Of a stretch of DNA of 64,000 bases, positions 12,030 to 24,612 are shown in pieces. The notes beneath the pieces were generated by a model. It worked only from the letters and a program-made list of their open reading frames with translations, had not been told where the DNA came from and did no database searches. This DNA comes from Marsupella aquatica. Its lineage: Eukaryota; Plantae; Marchantiophyta. Both the position numbers and the translations under genes were made by a program. Numbering within the stretch: the stretch's first letter is position 1; each line of letters starts with the position of its first letter. Location: positions 11,275,675 to 11,339,674 of the forward strand of contig OZ316899.1 of NCBI GenBank assembly GCA_973895155.1, given 5' to 3'.

Positions 12030-13921
12030 GATCAGTAGTAGGTGGGAATGACTTTAGTAAGATGGCTGGAAGATTAACAATAGAAAGCGCGACGAGTTTG
12101 CCCATATGGAGTAATACCGGATTAGGGTTTTGCTACGAAGGATGCGACACCAAGTTAAGTGATGGCAAAGATTGCGCTTTGGGCGTAAAAGCGAGGCAAC
12201 AAAGGAAAATGGGTGAAGGACGATTGAATGTTTTCAGTAGAGATCAACTTACTCATATTTGCAAGCCTGTAGGAGAAGGGAAACCTATGTTTAGGTTTAT
12301 CATCCGCATTAGGGAAGGAGATTGCCGTGTCTGGAACAAAGCGGGGCAGCAGCTCTTTTGCATGGATGGTAATCTTTCCAATGACAGTTGACAATCCAGA
12401 AGGTTGTTGAAGAATTTTGCAGGGGAATTATGTCATCGAAATGGAACCTGATGTTGGGATGAGAACTTGATCAACAACAACGTAACTGCTGGAGGCTAAT
12501 CGCCGTTGAACGAGTAATCGTTTTCCGGAACCTTGCAGAACCAGAAGATACATCAAATGTCTGTAACTTGACCTCAGTATTGAGAGACTTAACCATTAGC
12601 AGTTTGGAAACAATGGTCCCGACCACAAATCGCTTATAGAGATGCTCAGTGCAATAATTCCAGTCAACAGCGGATAACGATTGAGAACAACGGATAGCAG
12701 TTTAGTAACCGCAAACAGCAGTTTAATAACCGTTATGCGGTTATGTTCGATCAGTAAGTTAGATAACCATTTTTGATAGAGTAGTCGGACAGTTGGAAAC
12801 TGATAGACCTTGCAGGAAGATAGTATTTAAAGTTGGTAATGGCGTAGGGCAAGGTGTCACTTTTGCAATAGGAAATCTGATTGAGAGGCAAAGTCAGACT
12901 TCCCTTAAGATGATCAGTAGATTTGTTAAGTGTTCCCTACTCAGATGTGAGTAGAATTTTGATGTTGAGAAGTAAAGAAATCATTATGGTACAACCTAGA
13001 GATTTGTTCTTGAATGAGCACATTTGCTGAGGAAGTTTACAAGAAGAGATTATGATTGAATGCGAGAGTAATAATTGAGAGTGAATGGATTTAGAGATTG
13101 AGAAGATGGAAAGTTAAAGAAAAGATTGAGTGAGACAATCTGATAATTCTGAATTATAAAGAAAGTTAAGCTTGTTGAAGTTACAATCAGAGAATTAGAG
13201 AGAAGTATGTTAAGACGGTCATATTCCAACCGCAGGAATGAATGAGGGTCAACTCGCTTAGAGTGAGGACGTTGAGGTGTAATACCTTACGGAATCAAAT
13301 TAATAGACAACTCATAAGCAATAGAGTCTGGCTGGAGTTTGTGTGTTTTGAGGACAACCATCTAATTGTTATACACCTCCAGCATAACGGAGTAGTTGTT
13401 GAATTGATATTCTACTTATGAATAGCTTTTCTTGATCTACTTCATTACACACACAATTGATCGACTCCCTGGTGGGTGAATCGATGAGACGATTGGATCT
13501 AACCAGATCACAACCCCGGAAGCATGAGTCCTAACGACAAAGTTATGAAGAACTACTCACTAATTAGACTCAGGCCGATTGAACTGTGGATTTGTTCAAT
13601 TGGTTTGCGCCTGATTACTCGTCGATTGAGAGCGGGACTGAGAGAGGAAAGTATTCCAATTTGCATTTTTACTTATCGTGAATGGTGCGGGTTTATAGAA
13701 ATTGTATACAAGGAAGGATTAGTGTTAATTGAGTCTATCGTACCCAAGAAGTGGAAAGAAGAAGTAGACATTGAAGAACATTCAGCGGAAATCACAGGTT
13801 CAGAGTATGAAAACGATTTACTAGATTATCCTGTTGTTGGACGATTAATTGGTTAATGCAAAAGCAAACGGGTAGATAAGGGTTATGTTGCGTTAATCAC
13901 AGGGAAGAACTAGTGTTTAAC
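12030..13921 (-). repeat. Left arm of a ~1.9-kb diverged inverted duplication
   Basis: Its reverse complement aligns with 15891-17760; ORF pairs 12062-12391/17314-17844 and 13524-13856/15899-16123 share sequence. Confidence 0.85.
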
Positions 13922-14833
13922 ATTTTTGGCAACCATACTGGGGAATGCCTCTTTGAGGGGTTCCATGAGAAGGAAGTTGCTAGTACTTGCAGCCCGAACC
14001 AAGAAATGGTTGGAGACAGATCAAGAAGTGAGTTCAACAGAAGAAAAACATGAGTGGGAGGAAGGAATTCTGGACACTATTTTATTTTGATAAAGATGTG
14101 GAGCTACCTATTATTACGACACTAAATGAGGAAGAGTACAAGACTTTAGTCAACAAGGAAGCAACGCTAGAAGAGGGGATGTCTGTGAGTAATGGGTAAT
14201 ACCAAAAATCTGAAATTACTGAACAATTTTAAACTTTTTAAGGTGTTTGAACCTGTTATTGTTGCTAAGTACCAAGTAAACCTTGCTCTGACTAACTTTA
14301 CGAGAGTTTACGAGTTTACGAGTATAAGCCATTACAGGTTCACAAGTTGAAGATTTACAATTTTACGGGTTACGCCTTAATGCGTTTACGGTGAAACTTA
14401 CGTTATGGATAAAACAACGCTACGGCTAACTCGGTAACGGGACTTAGCAACGGGAGGGGAACTTCACTCCTGGAAGAAGAAGGGAGCGCAGCATTTAGGC
14501 GCTCCTTCCTGACTACTTTCCGCCCTTGCTCTTTGCCTCCTTCACTCCAAGCAAATCCTTTTCAGCAAGCTAAAGCCACCTTCGAGCTATGGCAGGACTG
14601 GGTGCTGAAGAACAGTACCAGGTTGATGCTCTAGCAGTTCCTAGAGCCTAGCAACTCGCATGCCACAAGCGCCTGATAGTTTCACACATTTACATACCTC
14701 CTTGTAGCACTTAGGATTGGAGCGCTTGCTCAGGATTCCTTGGAATGTCGAGCTCGACTCCTACCTGCAGGATTTTGTAAAAGGGACAATTATCCTTGTT
14801 GAATTCTGACGAACCATACGAGCTCGACCAAGC

Positions 14834-15577
14834 TTGTGGACAGTTGAACAGATCTCCTACGCCTTTGGATGTCCATTGAAAGGGGAGGCATTGTATTCCA
14901 AGAAGAAGGATATATCCACCCCTTACTTCTCAGGAATTCGAAACCTCAAGAATGGATGGAATTTGACACAATGCACATATCCTGAACTAAGAATTCTTTT
15001 GGAATTCTTAGTACCCATTCTCCATCCAAAAAAGCCAACTGTCTACCCTGTGGCCTTGGCTAACACTATTGTAGTTGCTCACAGTGGAGCTATAAAAATA
15101 AATTGGGCCCTACTTCTGTTTAATGTTATGAAGGATCAAGTAAGGAGCTTGAAAGCAGGGAGGACCACTTACTTACAAAATTATCTCTCTCAACTTTATT
15201 ATGCCCATGACTGCTTGCATCTCGAGGAGAGAACAGAAAGAGGCTTACTTATGATCGAACTAGGCATTGAAGAGGAAACTCCCATGGAAGACATAGTACA
15301 GGCCACTCCACTAAATTCGAATGCTCAGGATGTTGAGGAAAATAATGATATTCCTATGGAGGATGCACCATTAGAACCTCCTGCACTCTCTCATGTACAT
15401 TCCATGGAGGTCATTTGTCACCCAACGTATAATTTGAGACCTTCAAGGAGGACCGCCCATTCAGGTCAACTAGAAGCTGAAGGAGTGAGAGCCATCCATC
15501 AGCCACAAGACGATGTTGTTACTCCAACTGATGCTGCCCCTCACAAAACCACCTCATCCACTCCTTCGAAAGCATAA
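14834..15577 (+). pseudogene. Probable transposon accessory ORF (unknown function)
   Basis: 247-aa open frame with a globular N-half (…KINWALLL…YLSQLY) and an acidic disordered tail; degenerate upstream from ~14589. The resemblance to plant retroelement accessory ORFs is from memory only. Confidence 0.4.
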
Positions 15578-15890
15578 TTGAATTAGCAACTCATTAATAA
15601 GTTGATATCTCTTCTCAACTACAGTGATGATGGACTCTATGATGTTGTTAATGATTTAAGAATGGAAGCTGTTAGTTTGAGGTCACCATTCCCTGACCAG
15701 TTAAGTCCTATCAGGATGACCTCTCCCCCAGGAGAATCAGCACCAATGGAATTGTGACTCTCACCCCTGCCATCCAACAGGCCCCTCTCTTAGAATCAAG
15801 TGAACCTGTTCCAGTGACAGAAAGTATCAGTTGTGTAGCTATTGTGGATGATTTGCTAGAGATACTACAGTGTGAACCTCGACAGATAGT

Positions 15891-17760
15891 GTTAAACGCT
15901 AATTCTTCCATACGATTAACTCAACATAACCCTTCTCTATTCGTTCGCTTTTGCATTGACCAATTAATCGTCCAACAACAGGGTAATCTAATAAATCATT
16001 TTCATACTTTGAACCTGTAATTTCCGCTGAATGTTCTTCGATGTCTACTTCTTCTTTCCACTTCCTGGATACAATTGACTCAGTTAATACTAATCCTTCC
16101 CTGTATACATAAATCCACACCATTCACGGTAAGTGAAAATACAAATTGGAATACTCTCTTCCCTTAGCCGACTAGTAATTAGGTGCGAACCAATCGAACA
16201 GATCCACAGTTCAATTGGCCTGAGCCTAATTAGTGAGGAATTCTTCCTATCCTCGTTGTTAGTATTCATGCTTCCAGTGATTGTGATCTGATTAGATCCA
16301 ATCGTCTCATTGATGCTCCCACCAGGAGTTCGATCAATTACTTATGCGACAAAGTAGATCAAGAAAGGCTATTCGTAAGTAGAATGTTATTTAACGATTA
16401 CTTCGTTATGCTGCAGGTGTATGACAATTAGATTGTCATTCTCGAAACACACACACTTCAGCCAGACTCCACTCCTTATAAGTTGTCTGTTGGTTTGATT
16501 CTATAAGGTGTTAATCCTCAACGTGTTCACTCAGAGTGAATTAATCCTCATTCATTATTGCGGTTGGGATATGACCATCTTAACATACTTCTGTCTAATC
16601 CTCGATTTATAACTTCAACAGGTTTGACTTTCTTTATAATTCAGATTGTTTCACTCAATCTTCTCTTTAATTTTTCCTCTCCTCAATTTCTGAATCCATT
16701 CACTCTCAGTTCCTACTCTCGCATTCAATCACCATCTCTTCCTGTAAACTTTCTCAGCAATGTGCTCATCCAAGAACAATTCATCAGGGTGTACCATAAT
16801 GATTTCTTTACTTCTCAACATTGAAATTCTACTCACATCTGAGTAGGGAACACTTAAACAGATCTACTAATCATCTTAAGGAAAGTCTGGCTTTGCCTTT
16901 CAATCAGATTACCTATTGCAAAAGTGACACACTGTTCTACGCTCTTGCTTGCCTTAAATACTATCTTCCGGCAAGATTATCGGTTTCCAACTGCTTGACT
17001 AACAAAATGGTTATCTAACTTACTAATCGAACACAACTGCATAGCAGTTAATAAACTGTTGTTTTGCGGTTACTAAACCGCAATCCGTAGTTCCCAATTG
17101 GTATACTTTGTTTAACTGAGACTATTGCATCAAACATCTTTGTAAGCGATTGGTGGTTGAAGCCGTGGTTTTTGAACTGCTAATGGTTAAGTTTCTCAAT
17201 TCTGATGTCACACGAGATGTCACATGATAGACATTCAATGGATCTTTTGGTTCACTAATGTTCCAAAAAATGATTACTCGTTCAACGGCAATTAGCCTCC
17301 AGCAGTGACGTTGTCATTGATCGAGTTCTTGTCCCAACGTCAGGTTCCACTTTGATGACATGATTCCCCTGCAAAATTCTTCAACAGCTCCTTGAGTAGT
17401 CAACTGTCGTTGGAAAGTTTCACCATTCATGCCAAAAAGCTGCTGCCCCGCTTCATTCCATACTCGGCAGTCTCCCTCCCTAAGGCGGATCATAAATCGG
17501 AACATGGGCTTCCCCTCTCCTACGAGCTTGCAAATATGAGTGCCTTGATCTCTATTGAAAACGTTTGATCGTCCTTCTCCCATTTGCCTTCGTTGCCTTG
17601 CTTTCACCCCCAGAGCACAATCTCTGCCGTCTCCTAACTTGGTATTGCATCCTTCATAGCAAAACCCTAATCGGGTACTACTCCATATAGCAAAAATTGT
17701 CGTGCCTTCTAATGTTAATCTCCCAGCCATCTGACTAAAGCTATTCCTACCAGCCACTGG
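15891..17760 (+). repeat. Right arm of the inverted duplication, degenerate coding-like sequence
   Basis: See left arm; broken ORFs 16558-16824 and 16821-17018. Confidence 0.85.
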
Positions 17761-17803
17761 TGGAAAGGTTTTTTGTGTTCTACCTTTTGACACCTGCCAC
17801 TCT

Positions 17804-18430
17804 ATGTTGCTTGGAGCAGAACGGATAGGTGTGGCGGTGGACAATGCTTTCTTTCACCTCGCACAGCTGCCGTATCCACATCCGGGAGCTGATCTAGTAG
17901 GAGAGTCGGTGAACTCCGTTGTTTTGTGGGATCGGCAAGATGTCCGCCATGCAAATGACATGAATCTTGGAGGTCAAACAGAGTCAGCTTATGTCATTGA
18001 TGACCCAATTGACAATATTCAAGGTAATTCTGAATCAGCCACCGGACTGGAGGGGATAGAGGTTTTTGCAGAGGATCTGAAAGATCGTAGCACATGGTTC
18101 AAAAAGTTTGCCCTTCTCTATGCGGATGACGGAGAAACCTTGCTCGCAAGAGGTTGCATCATAAACCCACATCCTCTCGCGTCCATTAACAACGAGCGAG
18201 TTGGGGAAGATCATGTTGGTGTGAATATTTTGAGTCTAGCTATTGAAGCTGGCTTGGGAAAATTTTTGTTCCCTCAATTTGTTGACGGATCACCATGCAC
18301 AGTTCGATGGCCAATCAACAAAACTAGGATTGAGCCTGGAATGGAATGTCTGAGTGATCTTTTAGATCGGAATGATGGTAACGATGAGGGAGTTAGAATT
18401 TTCTCATATATCAAGCCAAAAAGTCTATAA
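17804..18430 (+). pseudogene. Transposon-associated ORF upstream of the Sola-like transposase
   Basis: Two similar units (IGVAV…LPYP…VVLW and VGVNI…FPQ…TVRW) resembling beta-rich transposase-associated domains; same strand as the transposase. Confidence 0.4.
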
Positions 18431-18641
18431 CAATCAATGAAGAAATCCTCAAGATTCAAACCAGAAGGAGAGAAAATGACTCGAGAAAAGACACAATCAA
18501 AAGATGTCTCGGGTGTCCATAGATACTCTTTATCAGGTTGATTGTTGCTCATAGAGTTGTTGTCGACGACAACTCCGTGAGACCGTCACTGACATTAGGG
18601 AAGAATACTATGGTCTATCTCATGTTGAGCAACATACTTAC

Positions 18642-20706
18642 GTGCTCAATCATCTTCACTGTTGTGACGATGAAACCATCGCCTCAGGCATGATTGTATT
18701 CAAGGGAAGCAAGATCTGCAAGGAAGCTTTCTGGAATATTCATGGATTTTCTCGAGGAACATTTTACACAATGTATTCACGATACATGGAGGGGGCAAAA
18801 GTTGGTGTTCATGGGAATGAAGGGACCATCAAGACCAAAGACTATGTTGTGTTGTTCATAGAATTAATTCGAAGTATCCTGCATAAATGTGCAGAACCAA
18901 TGCCACATCTTCACAAAATTGGTGTTTCAGGCAAGCAGGAAGTTGTTTTCAGGGTTCCAATAAGTTTCAGGAGAAAAGATGTTTTTGAAGAGGCTTGCGA
19001 GCTTAACAAAAACCTGGGTATTCACTCGCCCTCTCTCCCAACCTTCTACAAGCTTTTGGATAAATATTTTCCCAATTTCCAATTCCAAGATCGGAGCAAC
19101 TTTGTAAAATGCGATCTCTGCACGACCATTAAAGAAACACTTCGGGGGGAGAAATGGGTGGATAAGATTTTAGAAATCAAGGCAAAGCACAAACGGCATA
19201 TGTTGGAACAACAATCACGCAAGAGTATGTACTATGCAGCAAAACTTGCGGCGAACCAAGAGCCCGACAAATATTTGTCTGTGATTCACGATAAAATGGA
19301 TCAAGCCAAGACCGGAATCCCTAAAATGACTTCTACACTCAAGAGCCAAGGAGGCAAATCAATCCCGCTACCAATGACGCTGACGGGGATGTTAACGCAT
19401 GGACAGGAGCCTGGAATTTATGCACATTTTGCCCTTTCTGGTTTGTGGGCAAGCGATCCTAATTTTACAATCTCTTTGCTTGCAAAGTTATTTCGTGATC
19501 TCGAATCATTTGTGGGAGATAAGACCGGCAATCTAGCTCTCAACACCTCTGACGTCACAGATCCAATCTTTGTATCCCTCTTGGATCGGCGTGCCTTTGA
19601 GGTAGGATACCTCGAAACCAAAAAGATCTCTCTCGCTCACTTCGCAGGGCTTGGTGATAATGTGCCACACAAGAGTCGCGTAGAGCCTTCAACATCGCTA
19701 CCCTTCAAGGCGCTTCTTCGACACCTCCACCTTCAACTTGATAACTCGGGAAAGGATAACAAGAACCAAATAGTTCTGGCTTTCTGTAGCGAGCTTGTTC
19801 TAAGAGGAGTGTTTGAGTCAATAACTCTTCCTTTTTGATGGTGGGGCACACTCATGAGGATGTGGATGCCTTCTTCTCTAGAGTCGGGATAAGGATCTAC
19901 AATCAAGAGCTTACCACATTTTTTGGTTTGATGGCGGAGGTTTGGGAGTGCAAGAAGAAACATCCAGTTCCAAGGTTCATCCGCGAAGTTGCATCTTACA
20001 AAGCTTATGTAGGACCATTTGTCAAAAGGATCCAGGGTCAATCAGCACCTGTTCAATTCTTGTTCTCAATGAAGGAGAATGTCCTAGTCTACCAATATCG
20101 AGAGAAAATTGATACGCCTTGGCTACCGACAAAGGGTCAAACAATTTGGTTGTTTGACTTAGAGAGAAACCAATACAAATTTCCAATTGGAAGTCCTTAT
20201 TCCAAGCGGATGGAGTCTTCTCACAAGCGGGCAAATGACATTTTGGAATACTTGATCCATTATATCTCATGGCTGCAGACTGCATGGAAGGATATTACAT
20301 CGAAGGGATATCGTCTCCGAAGTCCAGAGATTCAATACTGGGAAAACATTGTTTCTGTGTTTCTGGACACACTTTGCTCTCCTTCGCTAGCAGGGGTAGA
20401 TTATCCATTACTTGATGGATTCTGGCCTCAAACGAACCATGGAACTGGGTATTGTCAGGATGGTCAAAACGTGGATACCAACCCAAGCAAAGACAATGGG
20501 GTGATGCATAATCTGGAAAGAGAGCTTCAAGAAGATGAAGAAGAGAGGCAGACAATCTTTGTCGGACACCCTTCTGAGCATGAGAGGTCAAGATTTAGTC
20601 CTCTAGAAGATATTAAAAAGAATACATTTGTTGCATTTTGGCTTGCAAAAGCAATCGATTGTGTCATAAGAGATCCCGATGATGCGCATGTTGGAGAGTT
20701 CCAAGT
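18642..20706 (+). pseudogene. Sola-like (DUF7869-type) DDE transposase, 5' part, frameshifted
   Basis: KCDLC…HKRH, IHDKMDQ, LQLDNSGKDNKN, MVGHTHEDVDAFFS; frameshift in a T-run at ~19835. Confidence 0.7.
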
Positions 20707-21311
20707 TGTCGTGCGCATACATATCGCTACACAACATACATCGCTTGTCACATACATCCAGACATAGTCACACTGCCACATCACAAATACAAGAGAATGG
20801 AATACAAGTGGAACTCATGTCCACACATGTCCAAAACCCACAATAATCTCCATACAATCGGCACAACGATCTCGGTCAACAATACCCCATCGATCCCGCA
20901 CCGATCCGATCACACACGTATGTCAAGCCAACGCACCTTGCACTACTCAAGGAATCCACGTTACACAAGCGGAGCTCATAGCCACCATAGCCACACTCAA
21001 GCTCCTCTCTCTCCAAGGCTCAACATTGAAAGATGACCTTTCAATGCCTCACAAGTGAGAAGTACCCTCTCACACAAACCTGACAGAACCTTATCGGCTC
21101 CAATAGCACTCATACCAAGCGTACATACTCTAATAGCACGATATACTACTACACTACTCAGAATGGTGTGATAGCTGTCGTGCGCATACATATCGCTACA
21201 CAACATACATCGCTTGTCACATACATCCAGACATAGTCACACTGCCACATCACAAATACAAGAGAATGGAATACAAGTGGAACTCATGTCCACACATGTC
21301 CAAAACCCACA
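20707..21311 (-). repeat. 3' terminal block B1(21311-21176)-GC-A2(21173-20844)-B2(20842-20707)
   Basis: B1 and B2 appear identical over 136 bp. A2 differs from A1 by about five transitions and lacks the terminal CA. Confidence 0.92.
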
Positions 21312-21486
21312 ATCGCCCCCCTAGCTGGGAGTAAGGTCCCCTAACTCTAGCTAGCCATGAGTTCTACAAGGTTGATATACACCTTTTTAGGTGTGAAGAT
21401 CAGGAGGTTGGGTGCAAGTGAGCCCCACCGATCACCTACCTGCAATCCATATCTGCCAAGAGAACACAAATGATAACTAGTCGGCT

Positions 21487-23250
21487 TCACCGACACTGAG
21501 GACACAACCATGATCCACTAGGAATCACCTGCAATGGTGGTGTCAAACATGACATGTGCCATCCTCTAGAACACTTATCACAAATCAACATAGTAGCTGC
21601 TCCCTGAGCAGATCCACACAACATACATTTCAAGCCAGCACGAACATGTGCCAAGCTTGGATCTACTGTACCATCAATGTTGGGAAGGTGACATGGTGCA
21701 CAGTTGCGCACATGATCCTTCCAAACCATACCATCGCGTCCCTCCAACATCAGGACACCAGAAGGCAACACTTCACGCACACGTAAGATTGTCCGGCCTG
21801 CGGTCACATCAAGTGTCGTGGGTGCTGTCTGCTGCAAATAAACATAATCACCAGGATGAAATCGTCGAATGCTTGCACGGTAACCTCCTCCACGAATAGT
21901 GACATACCTCAAAGTATCACGATGTTGGGCAATGGCAAGGTTGTCAAAAGCCATGGGCATCACTCTCTGAAATACCCGTGCTCTCTCTGAACACACCTTG
22001 ACCCAAACATCAGGATCATCCAAGTTCACAACTGGTGCAGCATGACGACGAATAGCTGCTGGCAAATCTGACTCTCTACCATAGAGCAAAAAGTAGGGTG
22101 AGAAGAATGCAAGTGATGCTTGCCGACTGAAACGGTAGCCCATAGCTAACCAAGGTAGCTGGAGATCCCAATCTCCCAGATGACCAACCTGCAAGCCATA
22201 CTTACGCAATCCTCTCTTCACAGTTTGCACAACTCTCTCAGCTAATCCATCTGCCTCAGGATGATCACGAGAGGTAGTGCGATGATCAATCAGAGCTTGT
22301 TCACACAAACTCTCAAACTCTCCACGGAACTCAGTTCCCTAATCAGTCAACACCTCAGCTGGTGCTCCAAAATGACTGAGTACACGATCCAAAAATGTAG
22401 CAGCAACTCCTCCACTGGCTTTATCTGGCAACGCCACTAGCTCAATCCACTTGGAGAAGTGCTCCACCATGACCAAAACATACCGATTATGACGTTGGGT
22501 AAGAGGTAATGGACCAGCAAAATCCAAACTCCAACGATATCCCAAACCCATGATCGGTAACGGGTGCAACTGGGGAGTGGGAGCATTAAATGATGCTCTC
22601 ACTCTGTCACATACCACACACTTAGCTATCAACTGCTGGACATGAGTGTGCATACCACGCCACCAATACTGCGTCTGCAGCAAGCTGTAAGTGCGCTTCA
22701 CACCAAAGTGACCCAACTCCTCGTGCGCATGTCGCACCAAATGTACTCGTTGTGATGGTTTTGGTACCACCAACATCCTACCATCATGCAGTACTCTCAA
22801 AAGATGGTTTCCCTCCCATCGAAACCTCTTGGCTCTCTGTAGAACCCTGTCACGTTCCTTGGCATCAACACTGCCAACAATAGAACTATTGCGTAGATAT
22901 TCCAACACTCTCACATCATTGTGAATATCTTGTTGTCCAGAAGTTACCTCACCAACATCCACATCTGAAGACTCATCACCCACTCCATCCAATGAAGTAG
23001 AGTCCACAGATCCACTGTATGCTGGCACCCAACAAAGAAAGGCAGATGCATGCCATCCTGGCACCATCTCCTTATCTGACTCATCATGCCATCTGGCTCT
23101 AGTCTCATCCTGCTGACTGGTACATGGATTGCGGCTTAATCCATCTGCATCCAAGTTCACTTTTCCAGGCCTATGCACCACCTGGAAATCATACTCCTGT
23201 AACAACAATGCCCATCGTGCAAGCTTCCTTGTAAGCTTGTCAGACTCCAT
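21487..23250 (-). pseudogene. pol: Integrase with PHD finger, copy 2 (one internal stop at 22339)
   Basis: HHCC, DDE and PHD motifs as in copy 1. Confidence 0.92.
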
Positions 23251-23253
23251 TAA

Positions 23254-24567
23254 CTACTTAAGAGGCTGATGATCAGTGATCAAGGTGAAGGGGTTACCAA
23301 ACAAGTAGCAACGAAAGTGTGCAACAGCCCACACTGCTGCCAAACACTCTCCCTCATAAGAGCTATACTTAGCCTCTGCTGAATTGTTTGATCTACTGGC
23401 ATAAGCCACAACAAACTCATTCCCCTCATCATCCTTCTGAGTCAGCACTGCTCCAAGTCCTACTCCACTCCAATCAGTGTATAGCTGAAATGGTCTGCCT
23501 GAAATGGGTCTTCTCAAAATAGGGGATGATGCCAACCTTTGCTTCAACTCCTGAAAGGCATGCTCCTGGTCATCACCCCAAATCCATTCCTGATCCAACT
23601 TAGTGAGTATGGTCAAAGGTTTAGCAAGCTGGCTAAATCCTTTAACATACCTCCTGTAGTAGCTCGCCAATCCCAAGAATGCACGAACTCTACTCACATC
23701 AGTAGGACAAGGAATCTGTGTAATGGCCTCCACTTTAGTCTGCTGTACACCCAATCCCCCTGGGTATATGGTGTGGCCCAAATACTCAATCTGGTCTTGG
23801 AAGAACTTACACTTGCTAGGATGGAGCTTCAACCCATGTGCTCTCAATCTCTCCAACACAGTCTGCAAGTGCTGCTGATGTTCTTCCACAGTAGAAGAAT
23901 AGACCAAAATATCATCAATATAACATCTGACAAAATCCAAACCTGCAAGGATTCGATCCATGACTCTCTGGAACTCAGCTAGTGCATTCTTCAACCCAAA
24001 TGGTAAGAATAACCATTGATACAAACGATCTTTGCCATAAGAATCAATCCCCCAGAATGCTATCTTGGACCTGTCAGCATGCCTAATTGGAAGCTGATGG
24101 TGTCCTGCCCTCAGATCCAATGAACTGAAAACCTTTGCATGCCCCACAGCATCAAAGATCTCCTCAGGTGTGGACATGGCATATCGATCAGATTTTGTCT
24201 GGCGATTAATAGGTCTGTAATCACCACACATGCGCCTATCTGTGTAATTGCCATGCACATCCTTCTTGGCTGGCATCACTGTGGCAGATGCATACTCCCC
24301 ATATGAAATCTCCACCAATCCAGCCTCCAACAAATCTTGAGTTCTGCTTTGAATCAGAGCTCTCTCCATGTCACTATAACGGTATGGTCTACAAAAGATT
24401 GGCGCATCACTAGCCAATTCAATCTGAATACCAGGGCCCTTCAATGTCCCCAAATCCTTCATGCTGAATGCAAAACAATTCCAATAACTCTTCAGGAATC
24501 GATGCATGCGACGTCTCTCCTCCCCTGTTAACTTAGGGCCAAGCTGTGGTTCCCAACTCTCCACCAA
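23254..24567 (-). pseudogene. pol: Reverse transcriptase and RNase H, copy 2
   Basis: YIDD and RNase H motifs; TGG>TAG at 23254. Confidence 0.95.
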
Positions 24568-24612
24568 ATCCCTAATATCTCTTTGTAGGGTAGAAGAGAT
24601 AGCCGATGATTG

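Noticed and set aside
20703-20707. 5-bp TSD AAGTT for copy 2
   Set aside because: It is formally possible but would remove the terminal CA. Copy 1 shows an unambiguous 4-bp TSD with the same end.
20707-21173. Reading A2-B2 as a conventional 3' LTR (TGTC...GACA)
   Set aside because: Neither 5' end has B after A, and the PPT precedes B1 rather than A2, so A-B is not the reverse-transcription LTR.
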